The notes beneath the pieces are model-generated. The model searched no databases and was not told the origin of the DNA. It was given only the letters and a program-made list of their open reading frames with translations. The translations under genes and the position numbers were made by a program. Source: Geobacter metallireducens GS-15 (lineage in GTDB: Bacteria > Desulfobacterota > Desulfuromonadia > Geobacterales > Geobacteraceae). From it: a stretch of DNA of 32,000 nt. This document shows, piece after piece, positions 1 through 8,971 of the stretch. The DNA lies in NCBI RefSeq assembly GCF_000012925.1, contig NC_007517.1:2490001-2522000 (forward strand), read 5' to 3'. Positions within the stretch are counted from its first letter, which is position 1; each line of letters opens with the position of its first letter.

Positions 1-733
1 CTACATAGAGACCGGCACGCAGCCGATTAAGCGCTTCGGCAGACGTCAGCGCTTCGTGACAATCGGTAAGTCCCGCCGCAGCGATCACCTGGAGGTGATC
101 CGCCCTCGCGCCGGGATTGTGTCCTTCGCAGCACTTTCCATGACGCCGCGCAATGTCGAGCCGGGCAATCAGGCGCTGGTCACCCGCCAGCAAACGCCTC
201 CAGGGAAGAAATTCGGAGGTACCCAGAACCGTTTCATCGGCAAGAAGGACATCCAGTTCAGCGTCAGTCAATCCCAGCCCTGCAAAGTATCCTGCTTCTT
301 CCAGTTCGGGTGCCCAACCGGATATGGGGACCGTCCAGCCGAAATGCAAAGGCAGGCTTGTCGCTGCGGCACGCAGACAGGCCAGACCTGGAGCACCGAA
401 ACGGGCCACGACTGCCAGGGTGTCGTTGACCACCATAGTCGTTCCAAGCGGCAACAACGCTTCCGCTAAACGACGGGGGGAGAGGATATTGTCGAAATGG
501 GCATGGGGATCCACATAACCAGGAACGAGTATCCCCCCTTCCGCATCCAGAAACTGCGTCTCAGGCCCGATCATCCCCCGTGACGGTCCCACATATGCCA
601 CACGGCCACTGGCGACAGCCACACCAACCCCGGACAGAATCTCGCCCGAATGGACGTTGAGTACCCGGCCGTTCTCGATATAGAGATCGGCGGAGCGCCG
701 ACCGCACGCCACCGCCATCAGGTCTGTACGCAT
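1..733 (-). CDS. adenine deaminase-family amidohydrolase, 5' part only (gene continues past the left window edge)
   Basis: Absent from the ORF track because no stop lies in the window. My own reverse-strand translation from the ATG at 733..731 gives MRTDLMAVACGRRSADLYIENGRVLNVHSGEILSGVGVAVASGRVAYVGPSRGMIGPETQFLDAEGGILVPGYVDPHAHFD...LPLGTTMVVNDT...EGHNPGARADHLQVIAAAGLTDCHEALTSAEALNRLRAGLYV. It is collinear with the 20765..22560 paralog and has the HxH metal motif of amidohydrolases. The listed plus-strand ORFs 56..469 and 153..518 are its antisense shadow. Confidence 0.75.
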   Translation of the reverse strand, partial: MRTDLMAVACGRRSADLYIENGRVLNVHSGEILSGVGVAVASGRVAYVGPSRGMIGPETQFLDAEGGILVPGYVDPHAHFDNILSPRRLAEALLPLGTTMVVNDTLAVVARFGAPGLACLRAAATSLPLHFGWTVPISGWAPELEEAGYFAGLGLTDAELDVLLADETVLGTSEFLPWRRLLAGDQRLIARLDIARRHGKCCEGHNPGARADHLQVIAAAGLTDCHEALTSAEALNRLRAGLYV

Positions 734-778
734 CTGCAGCACGGTATTTCCTTTACGGGGTAACAGGGCTACCCCGCC

Positions 779-2845
779 CTAGATCTCTCGTCCGATCCTG
801 CCGCCGTCATGAATGGCATGGAGGAGGTTGAGCGGCTCGGAGCAATCACCGGCTGCAAAGAGCTCCGGTATCTGCCGGCGCAGCGCCTCTACCGCTTCAC
901 TGTCATTCGTGAAACCGAGCATCGGTACGACGGTAGCGGCAGGGATCGTCATCCTGTTTCCACCGGCATCACGGATGACCAGACCACGCTCCGTCACTTC
1001 CTCAAATCCGGCAATACCCCTGACAATGGTCACACGCTGTTGTGACAGCCTGTTCATCAGCTTGAATCTGAGGGTGGAGACCATATCCGCAGCCAATTCT
1101 TCATCCTGCGTCACGATGGCCACTTCCCGGCCATGTTCAGCCAGCATATCCGCAAGTTGGCAGGCCATCATCCCCCCCCCCATGATGGCAACACTCTTGC
1201 CGAACATGACGGGAATGCCGAGTCCCGCCAGCCGCTTGCGCAGGGAGAGCGACAGGGGTCTGTCGAGAAAACTCCCGCCAAACCGGATGAGTTGGCCGCG
1301 CCAACCGGTCCGGATCGTCCCGGCGCCAGGGCCGGAAATACCGGACATCATGAGGCGAATGGCACCACTGCTGACGACATTCTCCCTGTTTATACCCGGA
1401 ATGTCAGGTTTGATCGGTTTCGCTCCTATGGCGACAACAACGACATCCGTCCCATCGATACCCAAATGCCCAGGCCCGGCCGGCTGCCCGAGCATGAGGC
1501 GAACCCCTTCATTTGAGACCTGGGCGGTTTGACACGCCGTCAGTTTTTCCACTTCCGCCTTTGAGGGAACCATGGCCTGTAACAGCATGGCGCCGCCCAA
1601 CTGTCTGCTCCTTTCCTGCAACGTCACATCATGCCCCCGCATGGCTGCAATCCGGGCAGCTTCCATACCTGCCGGCCCCCCCCCCACCACAAGAACCCGC
1701 CTTTTCCTTTCAGCGGGCCTGATCCTCCTTTCGTCTTCCCGGCCGGCAGCATAGTTGACCGTACACTCCACACCCTCCCCCGCGGTTGCCCGCTCATAAC
1801 ACTCATGGCAGTCAATGCACGGCACGATCTCGGCGATACGTCCTTCGGCTGCTTTCAGCGGCCAGTGGGGATCGGCGAATAGCTGGCGACCGATGGCAAC
1901 CAGGTCAACCTTTCCCTGGGCCAGAATGGATTCGGCAACGTCAGGGGTCTTGATCCTCCCGACCCCGATAACCGGGATGCCGACAGCCCGTTTAACCGCC
2001 TCTGCGAGATGGACATGGGTCGCCACCGGGTCAGCGCCGGTCGGCACATAGCCGCCGCAAATAGGGGGGGTAGCCAGAGACACGTTCAGCACATCGGCAC
2101 CGGCCTTCTCCAACTCAACGGCAAAGGCTACGCCTTCTGCCAGGCTTGCTCCGTCCGGCACCGCATCTACCACACCGTGTCGGACAAAGAGGGGGAAATC
2201 TTCACCTACTGCATTACGCATGGCGCGCACGGTTTCAATCCCGAATGCCATGCGTCTCTGCGGGTCGCCGCCATACTGGTCCGTGCGCTGATTGGTGGTA
2301 GGAGAAAAAAACTGGCAATGGAGCATGCCGTGTCCATTGTGCAGCTCCACGAAATTGAATCCTGCTTCCCTGGCGCCGGCCGCGGCCTTGGCGATCTTGT
2401 CGATGATGGACGAGATTTCCGTCAAGGTAAGTTCGCGTAACTGCTCGCCCGGTTTTACAAAGGCGTGACGGGATGGATTGGGCTCAACCCTGGCGGAAGG
2501 GGCGGCTAGCTCGCCGCTGGTCAAATCCAGACCGAGAGGATAACGGTTACCGTAGATGAACTGGATGCCAATCTTGGCACCAGCATCATTCACCGCAGCC
2601 GTAAGCGACTTCAGGCGCTTGATGAAGGTCTCTACGCCGCCCGGCTTGTCCCATACATCATTATTCATGAACAGGTCCGGAATTCCTGCACCGACGATGA
2701 TAGTGCCAACGCCTCCTTTAGCTCGTTCCACGTAGAAATCGATTACCCGCTTGTTTGAATAACCGAGCCCTACCCCCATGGATGACATGACGATTCTGTT
2801 CTTTACGGTCATGCCGCGTATTGTAAGCGGTTCAAAAAGCTTCAT
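779..2845 (-). CDS. OYE-family FMN oxidoreductase fused to FeS and FAD/NAD(P) domains (2,4-dienoyl-CoA reductase / enoate reductase-like)
   Basis: 688-aa ORF. N-terminal TIM-barrel OYE signature (LTIRGMTVKNRIVMSSM, HNGHGMLHCQFFSP). CxxCxxC-x11-C cluster motif (CIDCHECYERATAGEGVEC). Two dinucleotide folds (VLVVGGGPAGMEAA, VAIMGGGMMACQLA). GGAGGA RBS before the ATG at 2845. Confidence 0.9.
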   Translation of the reverse strand: MKLFEPLTIRGMTVKNRIVMSSMGVGLGYSNKRVIDFYVERAKGGVGTIIVGAGIPDLFMNNDVWDKPGGVETFIKRLKSLTAAVNDAGAKIGIQFIYGNRYPLGLDLTSGELAAPSARVEPNPSRHAFVKPGEQLRELTLTEISSIIDKIAKAAAGAREAGFNFVELHNGHGMLHCQFFSPTTNQRTDQYGGDPQRRMAFGIETVRAMRNAVGEDFPLFVRHGVVDAVPDGASLAEGVAFAVELEKAGADVLNVSLATPPICGGYVPTGADPVATHVHLAEAVKRAVGIPVIGVGRIKTPDVAESILAQGKVDLVAIGRQLFADPHWPLKAAEGRIAEIVPCIDCHECYERATAGEGVECTVNYAAGREDERRIRPAERKRRVLVVGGGPAGMEAARIAAMRGHDVTLQERSRQLGGAMLLQAMVPSKAEVEKLTACQTAQVSNEGVRLMLGQPAGPGHLGIDGTDVVVVAIGAKPIKPDIPGINRENVVSSGAIRLMMSGISGPGAGTIRTGWRGQLIRFGGSFLDRPLSLSLRKRLAGLGIPVMFGKSVAIMGGGMMACQLADMLAEHGREVAIVTQDEELAADMVSTLRFKLMNRLSQQRVTIVRGIAGFEEVTERGLVIRDAGGNRMTIPAATVVPMLGFTNDSEAVEALRRQIPELFAAGDCSEPLNLLHAIHDGGRIGREI

Positions 2846-2898
2846 GTCACCATCCTCCTGCAGACCTTTTTCGAGATTTGTCCTTTATTTACATGATG

Positions 2899-2915
2899 TA
2901 CCGTGCAAGACGGTA
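2899..2915. promoter_or_regulatory. inverted repeat TACCG-N7-CGGTA in the promoter region of the OYE gene (possible operator)
   Basis: The sequence TACCGTGCAAGACGGTA lies about 55 nt upstream of the 2845 start, downstream of the terminator at 2988..3016. Its arms resemble the TACCG/CGGTA arms of the 17591..17610 dyad, but the spacer is 7 nt instead of 6. Confidence 0.25.
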
Positions 2916-2987
2916 GCGCCGTTTTTCACCTGTCCGCCAGATTCAGCCTGTCCATGAAACTCCTTCGCGGGGAGGCAAAGAGCCAGG

Positions 2988-3016
2988 CAATAAGAAAGGC
3001 GGGTGCATGACCCGCC
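2988..3016 (-). terminator. rho-independent terminator after the 3-hydroxyacyl-CoA dehydrogenase gene
   Basis: The minus strand reads GGCGGGT-CATGC-ACCCGCC followed by TTTCTTATT. That is a 7-bp GC-rich stem, a 5-nt loop and a T-tract, about 60 nt after the stop at 3076. Confidence 0.55.
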
Positions 3017-3075
3017 CCCCAGAAAGAGTTCATCTGATAGAGACATTGGGAACGCCTGCCGGCGATCCGCATGCC

Positions 3076-3948
3076 CTATTTTTTGCTGTAATCAAACCAT
3101 CCCTTACCCGTCTTGCGCCCAAAATGACCAGCGTCCACCTTCCGGACCAGGGCTGGCCGCGGCAGGAACCTGTCACCGTAAATCCCGTGGAAAATGCGGG
3201 CGATCTTCAGGTTCAGTTCATTGCTGATCTGGTCCATCAAGGCAAAGGGCCCGACCGGATGACCAAGACCTAGTTGGCAGGCCTTGTCGATGTCTGCCGC
3301 CGAGGCCACATTCTCTTCAAGGAGCCGGATCGCCTCATCGTTGATGGCGCCCAGGATCCTGTTGACGACGAAACCGGCACAGTCGTTCACCTTTATCGGC
3401 TCTTTGCCGATACTGGTACAAAACGCACACGCGGTCTCCACCGTTTCCGCCGAGGTATCCTCGCCATTGACGACCTCGACCAGCTTCATGATGGCGGCTG
3501 GCGAGAAGAAGTGCATCCCCACGAAGCGCGACTTCCTTTCGGCGGAACTGAAACACGCCCCGAGTTTCGTGATGGGGAGGGAAGAGGTATTGGAGGCGAT
3601 GATGCACGAAGGCTTGCACACCTCTTCCAATTGCCTGAAATTCTGGGATTTCACGTCGAGATCCTCGAAGATTGCCTCGATGACGAGATCCACATCGCCG
3701 AATCCGCTGAAATTGTCAACGGGGGTTATCCTGGCTACGGCACTTTTCTGCTGCTCAGCGTCAACCGCAAGGCGCCCCTTCTCCGACCACTTTGCCAGAC
3801 TCCCCCTGATCCGTTCCACGCCAGCTGCGGCAAGATCAAGACTCACTTCTTTCAGGAGCACGTCATACCCCGCCAGGGCACAGCTAAGAGCGATATCGCT
3901 TCCCATCATCCCTGCACCCAGTATTGCCACCTTTTTTATGTCACCCAT
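3076..3948 (-). CDS. 3-hydroxyacyl-CoA dehydrogenase (Hbd/FadB-type, NAD-binding)
   Basis: MGDIKKVAILGAGMMGSDIALSCALAGYDVLLKEVS Rossmann N-terminus and GHPVGPFALMD C-domain motif. I chose the internal ATG at 3948, which is preceded by AAGGAGA at 7-nt spacing, rather than the track start at 3969. Confidence 0.9.
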   Translation of the reverse strand: MGDIKKVAILGAGMMGSDIALSCALAGYDVLLKEVSLDLAAAGVERIRGSLAKWSEKGRLAVDAEQQKSAVARITPVDNFSGFGDVDLVIEAIFEDLDVKSQNFRQLEEVCKPSCIIASNTSSLPITKLGACFSSAERKSRFVGMHFFSPAAIMKLVEVVNGEDTSAETVETACAFCTSIGKEPIKVNDCAGFVVNRILGAINDEAIRLLEENVASAADIDKACQLGLGHPVGPFALMDQISNELNLKIARIFHGIYGDRFLPRPALVRKVDAGHFGRKTGKGWFDYSKK

Positions 3949-4080
3949 CGTACGATCTCCTTTGCACAAACATGATTTTGCATGACGAAATCACAAATTT
4001 ACTTACGGGGTCGAACCCTGTGCCACAGGATCGTAGTCACTCCACATCCCCATCGGGCGATTACTCGCCATATCAGGCAA

Positions 4081-4872
4081 CTATTTGACGTTCTTCGTCT
4101 CGCCACCAAGGAACCGTGCAAAGGCACCCTGCATGTACTGCGTGGCAAAGACCGTCGGCATGAATCGTTCTGCCTCCTGATATCCTTCAACTGCTTTCCG
4201 GTTCAGCAGTGTCTTGATAAAGGTCTTGGCAACATGGCTTTTTTCAGCGATACGCTCGGCAAGCTCTTCGCATCGGGGAAGGAGTTCGTTGTCTTCATAG
4301 ACATCCACCACAATACCGAGACGCTGCGCTTCATCGGCATCCAGTTCTTTTGCCGAGAAACAGAGGTAGGCGGCCACATTCTTACCGTACTTTTCCAGAC
4401 CGCGGGTAATACACCAGGCAGGAATGGCGCCATGATTTATTTCCTTGAGGGCAAACTTGGCGCTCTTGGCGGCAAAGACCATATCGCAGCAACCGGAAAT
4501 TTCGAAGCCAAAACCGAATGCCGCACCATTCACGGCTGCAATGATCGGCGTTTCAGCAAGTTCAATGGCCTTGAATGGCTCAAAACAGAGCTTGATGAAA
4601 TCAAAACCAGCTTCAACCTTGCCAACAGTTGCAAACTGCTCCACATCGGCCCCTGCGGAAAACACCGGATAATCGGTCCCTTTTTTCGGATGCTTGAAGG
4701 TCTGGCCCGTCAGGACGATGCAGCCTACCTTCTTGTCCGCGTCAAGTTCCCGCACTGCAGCAGCCAGTTCCTTGAAAATCTGGGCATTGGCGGCATTGAA
4801 CTTGTCCGGACGGTTGAAGGTAATGATGCCGTAGTTTTTCTTCCTTTCAACCTTGAAAACGGTATACTTCAT
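4081..4872 (-). CDS. enoyl-CoA hydratase/isomerase (crotonase) family protein
   Basis: GIITFNRPDKFNA N-terminus. Both canonical catalytic Glu positions are present (GFGFEIS and ALKEINHGAIP). AAGGAGA RBS. Confidence 0.9.
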   Translation of the reverse strand: MKYTVFKVERKKNYGIITFNRPDKFNAANAQIFKELAAAVRELDADKKVGCIVLTGQTFKHPKKGTDYPVFSAGADVEQFATVGKVEAGFDFIKLCFEPFKAIELAETPIIAAVNGAAFGFGFEISGCCDMVFAAKSAKFALKEINHGAIPAWCITRGLEKYGKNVAAYLCFSAKELDADEAQRLGIVVDVYEDNELLPRCEELAERIAEKSHVAKTFIKTLLNRKAVEGYQEAERFMPTVFATQYMQGAFARFLGGETKNVK

Positions 4873-4945
4873 TGTTAGTCATCTCCTTTCGGCTAACAGC
4901 CATAATCGTATCAATATTCCCCCTTCGAGGGGGCCTGGTTCCCCG

Positions 4946-6745
4946 CTACACTGAATCCCATTCCTCTTGAAGGATATCGGGAAGCTTGACGGCCCGTTCC
5001 TTTCCACTCATGAAATCGAGCCGGCGAATCCCCTTGGGATCGATCTTGCCGATCAATTCCTGTTCCTGCTTGGTCGGAGGCTCCGTGACCGGGCAATCGG
5101 CCGCGATTTCCACGGGAAAGCCGGTGTTTTTGACCACATCTTCCGGTGTAACCCCTTTATGAAGGGAGACGATCTTCCACTTGCCACGTTCCCTCATTTC
5201 CATGACGCACAGGTTGGTCACCACGATCATCGGTCCCGGCTGCAGTCCCTGGGCCAACCGCTCTTCATCGTTCAGGTAGACCCGCGTGCCAGTTATATAA
5301 TTCACCTTGGGGACAAAAATCTGTTTCGAGTGGTTGGGAAAGTAGGCAACCGACTTGCGGTGCAGTCCGAAGACGACCGGCGCACCGGCCCCGCCGGGGA
5401 GCCTGAGTCCCCTGGCATTGAATTCGCCGGTTGGCTTCCCCTCGGCATCCATGACCGGCATCGGCAGCCAGGAGATGTTGATGTCGCCGTTGGCATCCAT
5501 CTGGGCGCTCGACACCGCCTCCACGTCGCCGGTACCCCGGAAATGGAGGGCCTCGATGCATTCGGTCATGGACCAGAGTCCCGCCGAGTTGCCGATACAG
5601 GCCGCTTCCGATGTATGGAACCCCATCTGGAACGGATAGGCATCCACGCCGCTGTAGCCGACCATGAACGAGTTGGGGGCCGTGGTCAGTTTTGCCAGGT
5701 TGTAGGCAGCGTATGCCAGGGGGGTGAATGAGCCGAGCACCGTCGTATCCCCGTCGTCAATGGTACGGGCCAGGCTGGTGACCATCTGGTCGGCGACCTC
5801 ATACTCTTCGGCTTTATCGTTAACCAGCTTCTGGGGCCATTCAACACGGGTTGTCTGCCGTGCGAGGGATTGCAGCTTTTTCTTGGCGGCATCGCCGCCA
5901 GCCTTCGCCCAATACTCGTCCTCATTCTTTCCGACCGTTGCGGCGATATACTCTTTGGCCGTTTTCGGATTGAGCCCCTGCACATCCCGGTTCATCTGAA
6001 GGAGGTGGGCAGAGTAATACGGTATGGAACTACAGGGACTGGCACCGAAGGGGACATGAATGACCATGTCGACATCGGTGCGGAAGAGCTTGGTGGCAGT
6101 TTTGTCAGCCCGGATCTGGTCTCCCGAGACGATCTCCTCTACCGTGACTATCGTCTTCTTTGCGGCCATGGCCATGTCAAGGTCGGAGGCCGATGTGCCG
6201 AAGATCTGGACGTTACCCTGCTCGTCGGCGCGCTGGGCATGGATCACCGCCACATCAGGCACAATAGCCTGGATGGCGGTCAGCTCCTTGCCGGTAAAGG
6301 GACAGGCGACGGTCTTGTATAGCTCCGGCGCCTCCTTGACGATATCCGACCCCTTGGGCCCCATGAAGGGAGCAAAGGGGAGGCCAAGACGCGCGGCTTC
6401 AAGACCCTTAATCATGCTGCACCCTTCGATCTCGGTCAATTTTACCAACTGTCTCTCAGCGACGCGTCGGAAATTGGCCGGAAGCCCGAAAAACTCGAGG
6501 CTGAGGAAACTGAAGACCAGGTGATCGACGCACCCGGCACCCAGCAGCCATTCCATCTCCCAACCGCCGACAATCGACATTACCTTGAGGTTGGTTATAT
6601 TCTGACGGGCTATCTCACGGATAACAGCCATCGGCTTGTTGCAGCTCCAGCCACCGCCAAAAGCGACAAACGCCCCTGGTGTGATGAATCTGCCGATGTC
6701 AGAAAGCTGCCCGATCTTTGATGTAAGTTCTATCTTTTTGCCCAT
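4946..6745 (-). CDS. family-I CoA-transferase with fused alpha and beta subunits (glutaconate/3-oxoacid CoA-transferase-like)
   Basis: 599 aa from the ATG at 6745 (GGAGA RBS). This start avoids overlap with the upstream SDR that ends at 6807. The N-terminal half looks like an A-subunit (FVAFGGGWSCNKPMAVIREIA). The C-terminal half looks like a B-subunit (TTVLGSFTPLAYAAYNLAK...). Confidence 0.85.
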   Translation of the reverse strand: MGKKIELTSKIGQLSDIGRFITPGAFVAFGGGWSCNKPMAVIREIARQNITNLKVMSIVGGWEMEWLLGAGCVDHLVFSFLSLEFFGLPANFRRVAERQLVKLTEIEGCSMIKGLEAARLGLPFAPFMGPKGSDIVKEAPELYKTVACPFTGKELTAIQAIVPDVAVIHAQRADEQGNVQIFGTSASDLDMAMAAKKTIVTVEEIVSGDQIRADKTATKLFRTDVDMVIHVPFGASPCSSIPYYSAHLLQMNRDVQGLNPKTAKEYIAATVGKNEDEYWAKAGGDAAKKKLQSLARQTTRVEWPQKLVNDKAEEYEVADQMVTSLARTIDDGDTTVLGSFTPLAYAAYNLAKLTTAPNSFMVGYSGVDAYPFQMGFHTSEAACIGNSAGLWSMTECIEALHFRGTGDVEAVSSAQMDANGDINISWLPMPVMDAEGKPTGEFNARGLRLPGGAGAPVVFGLHRKSVAYFPNHSKQIFVPKVNYITGTRVYLNDEERLAQGLQPGPMIVVTNLCVMEMRERGKWKIVSLHKGVTPEDVVKNTGFPVEIAADCPVTEPPTKQEQELIGKIDPKGIRRLDFMSGKERAVKLPDILQEEWDSV

Positions 6746-6806
6746 GGGCTTCCTATCTCCTCTCGTTACGTAAGTAGCAGTTTGTAGCCGGGAGAAAACA
6801 CCGTCA

Positions 6807-7571
6807 CTAGCCGGCCGACCACCCTCCATCCAGCGGCAGTACCGCACCGGTCATGAAACTCGATGCATTGGACGAAAGGTAGATAACGAGACCGACCAGT
6901 TCCTCCACATTCCCCCAGCGGTTCACCGGTGTCTTGGACATGATCAGCTTGGTGGTCGCCTCATCCTCCATGGCATCCTTGTTGATGTCAGTGGAAAAGT
7001 AGGATGGTGCGATGGCATTCACCGTAATACCGCGTGTCGCCCATTCCTGCGCCAGACATTTGGTCATGGCGTTGATCCCCCCCTTGGAAGCGGCGTAGGG
7101 AACCATGTAGGGAAGCGGATAACTCCCCATGGCCGAGGAGATATTGATCACTCGCCCGGCTTTTGCCTTGAACATGTGCTGGCCGACGATCTGGGTACAG
7201 AGGAAATAACCCTTGAGGTTAACATCCAGGATCTGGTCCCACTGCTCATCGGTCCATTTCAGGAACGGCACCGTCCACCCCTGTCCCGCGTTGTTGACGA
7301 GGATGTCGATCTTGCCGAACGCCTCCATCGTCTTTGCCGCCAGGTTTTCAATCGATCCCCGGTCGAGCATGTCAGTAGCGACGGCAAGCGATTTGCGCCC
7401 CAGAGCTCTTATCTCCTCGGCCACTGCATCCAGGTCGGCCTGGGTACGACTGGCAACGACCACGTCGGCGCCCGCCTGAGCGAGCCCCAGGGCAATGGCT
7501 TTGCCGAAACCACGGCTCCCTCCGGTTACTATGGCAACCTTCCCCTCCAGATTGAATATGTCCAGACTCAT
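6807..7571 (-). CDS. short-chain dehydrogenase/reductase (SDR)
   Basis: KVAIVTGGSRGFGKAIA (TGxxxGxG), NNAG, and a Ser...YAASK catalytic triad. Confidence 0.9.
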   Translation of the reverse strand: MSLDIFNLEGKVAIVTGGSRGFGKAIALGLAQAGADVVVASRTQADLDAVAEEIRALGRKSLAVATDMLDRGSIENLAAKTMEAFGKIDILVNNAGQGWTVPFLKWTDEQWDQILDVNLKGYFLCTQIVGQHMFKAKAGRVINISSAMGSYPLPYMVPYAASKGGINAMTKCLAQEWATRGITVNAIAPSYFSTDINKDAMEDEATTKLIMSKTPVNRWGNVEELVGLVIYLSSNASSFMTGAVLPLDGGWSAG

Positions 7572-7642
7572 ATGCTCTCCCTTAAATAGAATTGTTGCTT
7601 TTTTCCGAACAGTCCCGACAGCTCTTCATGCACACCGAGACG

Positions 7643-8440
7643 TTATGCTCCCGTGAAATTCGCCTTCCGTTTTTCCAGAAATGCGGCGGTCCCTTCCTTT
7701 GAATCCTGCGTTGCAAAGGTCTTGGCAAACTGGGTCAACTCCTTGTCAATGCCGGATAAAAGATCGTGGTCCAGCACCAGGTTGACACAATCCTTCGCCC
7801 ATTTAACCATCAGGGGGCTTTTCCCCATGATCGCCTTGGCAAGCCGTGCAACCGCAGCATCGAGTCCTTCAGGCTCGACAACCTCATTCACCAACCCCCA
7901 TTTGCAGGCATCGGCCGCATTAATCGGCTTTCCGGTCAGGATCATCTCCATCGCCTTTGCCTTACCGACGATCCTGGGAAGCCGCTGGCTCGCCCCTCCG
8001 CCGGTGATGATCCCAAGGTTGATTTCAGGCTGGGCAAATGACGCCCGCGTCGTACATATCCGGAAATCGCACCCCAGCGCTATCTCGCTCCCCATCCCCC
8101 AAGCCATGCCATCTACTGCCGCAATGACCGGCAGAGGAATTTTTTCCAGCGACGTTGGGCTGAAATGATGGTCAAGGATCTCCTTAACCTTTTCCCAGCC
8201 CTGCTCCGCAGAGATCTTTGACCAGGAATTGAGCATGTTTATGTCCGCGCCGGCGAGGAAGTTTTCACCACTCCCTTTAAGAACGAGAACACGCAGTGAA
8301 GTATCGGATCCGACATCCGCCACGGCAGCCTTCAACTCCTGAGACATCTGCTCGCTGTAGGCGTTGAATACCTTGGGACGGTTAAACGTTATGGTGGCAA
8401 TGCCATCTTTCTTGTCCAGAATGATAGTCTCAAAAGACAT
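7643..8440 (-). CDS. enoyl-CoA hydratase (crotonase family)
   Basis: IATITFNRPKVFNA N-terminus. Both catalytic Glu positions are present (GMGSEIAL, AQPEINLG). I prefer the ATG at 8440 with an AAAGGTGA RBS over the GTG at 8449. Confidence 0.9.
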   Translation of the reverse strand: MSFETIILDKKDGIATITFNRPKVFNAYSEQMSQELKAAVADVGSDTSLRVLVLKGSGENFLAGADINMLNSWSKISAEQGWEKVKEILDHHFSPTSLEKIPLPVIAAVDGMAWGMGSEIALGCDFRICTTRASFAQPEINLGIITGGGASQRLPRIVGKAKAMEMILTGKPINAADACKWGLVNEVVEPEGLDAAVARLAKAIMGKSPLMVKWAKDCVNLVLDHDLLSGIDKELTQFAKTFATQDSKEGTAAFLEKRKANFTGA

Positions 8441-8485
8441 GGGATTCACCTTTCGACCAGTTGTTTTGTTTATGCTGCTACGGCA

Positions 8486-8893
8486 CTAGCGCAAGCTGAC
8501 CTTGCCCACATTTTCCTTGATGTATTCGGCAACGGTTTCTCCCGGCAGGCCGGAAATGAAGCATTTGTGAATGCCGATCTTCTCCAGTTCTTCGAAATCC
8601 ACCTCGGGGATAATGCCACCGATTATCACCAGGACATCAGTCATACCGTTTGCCTTGAGAGCAGGGATCAGCTTCTTGGCAATCAGCATGTGTCCGCTCG
8701 TCATGATGCTGAGCGCAATCACGTTAACATCTTCCTGGATCGCCGCCGTGACGATGTCGTCAACCGTGCCGAAGCGGAAATAGACCACCTCCATGCCCGC
8801 ATCCCGCAGTTCTCGCGCGATCAGCTTGCTAGCGCGACCATGGACGTCGATTTTTTTCTTTGCCAATAGTACTTTTATGTGTTGATTGGACAT
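8486..8893 (-). CDS. cobalamin-binding small subunit of an acyl-CoA mutase
   Basis: KVLLAKKKIDVHGRASKLIARELRDAGMEVVY matches the LAKxGxDGHDRG B12-binding motif. Asp and His are conserved (DVHGRA). IQEDVNVIALS and VIIGGIIP motifs are also present. I chose the ATG at 8893 behind a GAGGTG RBS. Confidence 0.9.
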   Translation of the reverse strand: MSNQHIKVLLAKKKIDVHGRASKLIARELRDAGMEVVYFRFGTVDDIVTAAIQEDVNVIALSIMTSGHMLIAKKLIPALKANGMTDVLVIIGGIIPEVDFEELEKIGIHKCFISGLPGETVAEYIKENVGKVSLR

Positions 8894-8971
8894 ACCATTC
8901 ACCTCGAATTATCAATCTTCATTGAAGTAGTAGACTCTGCGCGCACAATCCCTGTTACCGACAGAACCAGC

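Noticed and set aside
56-518. Plus-strand ORFs 56..469 (137 aa) and 153..518 (121 aa) at the left edge
   Set aside because: They are Arg/Ser/Pro-rich with no recognisable motifs. They lie antisense to a much better minus-strand reading frame, the adenine-deaminase-like gene. Their translation even mirrors the antisense ORF 20944..21129 of the paralog, as expected for shadow frames.
3982-4878. 298-aa plus-strand ORF covering the whole crotonase gene. Similar long antisense ORFs include 813..1532, 3274..3985, 4967..5731, 12102..12836, 16491..17315, 26728..27441 and 30187..31335.
   Set aside because: All lie exactly opposite strongly supported genes, show low-complexity Arg/Gly/Pro/His-rich composition, and lack RBS or family motifs. 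They are typical GC-rich shadow ORFs.
4919-4933. Hairpin CCCCC-TTCGA-GGGGG between the CoA-transferase and crotonase genes as a terminator
   Set aside because: It is a 5-bp stem with no T-tract on the minus strand, and the downstream gene follows with its own RBS. At most it is an intercistronic mRNA-stability element.
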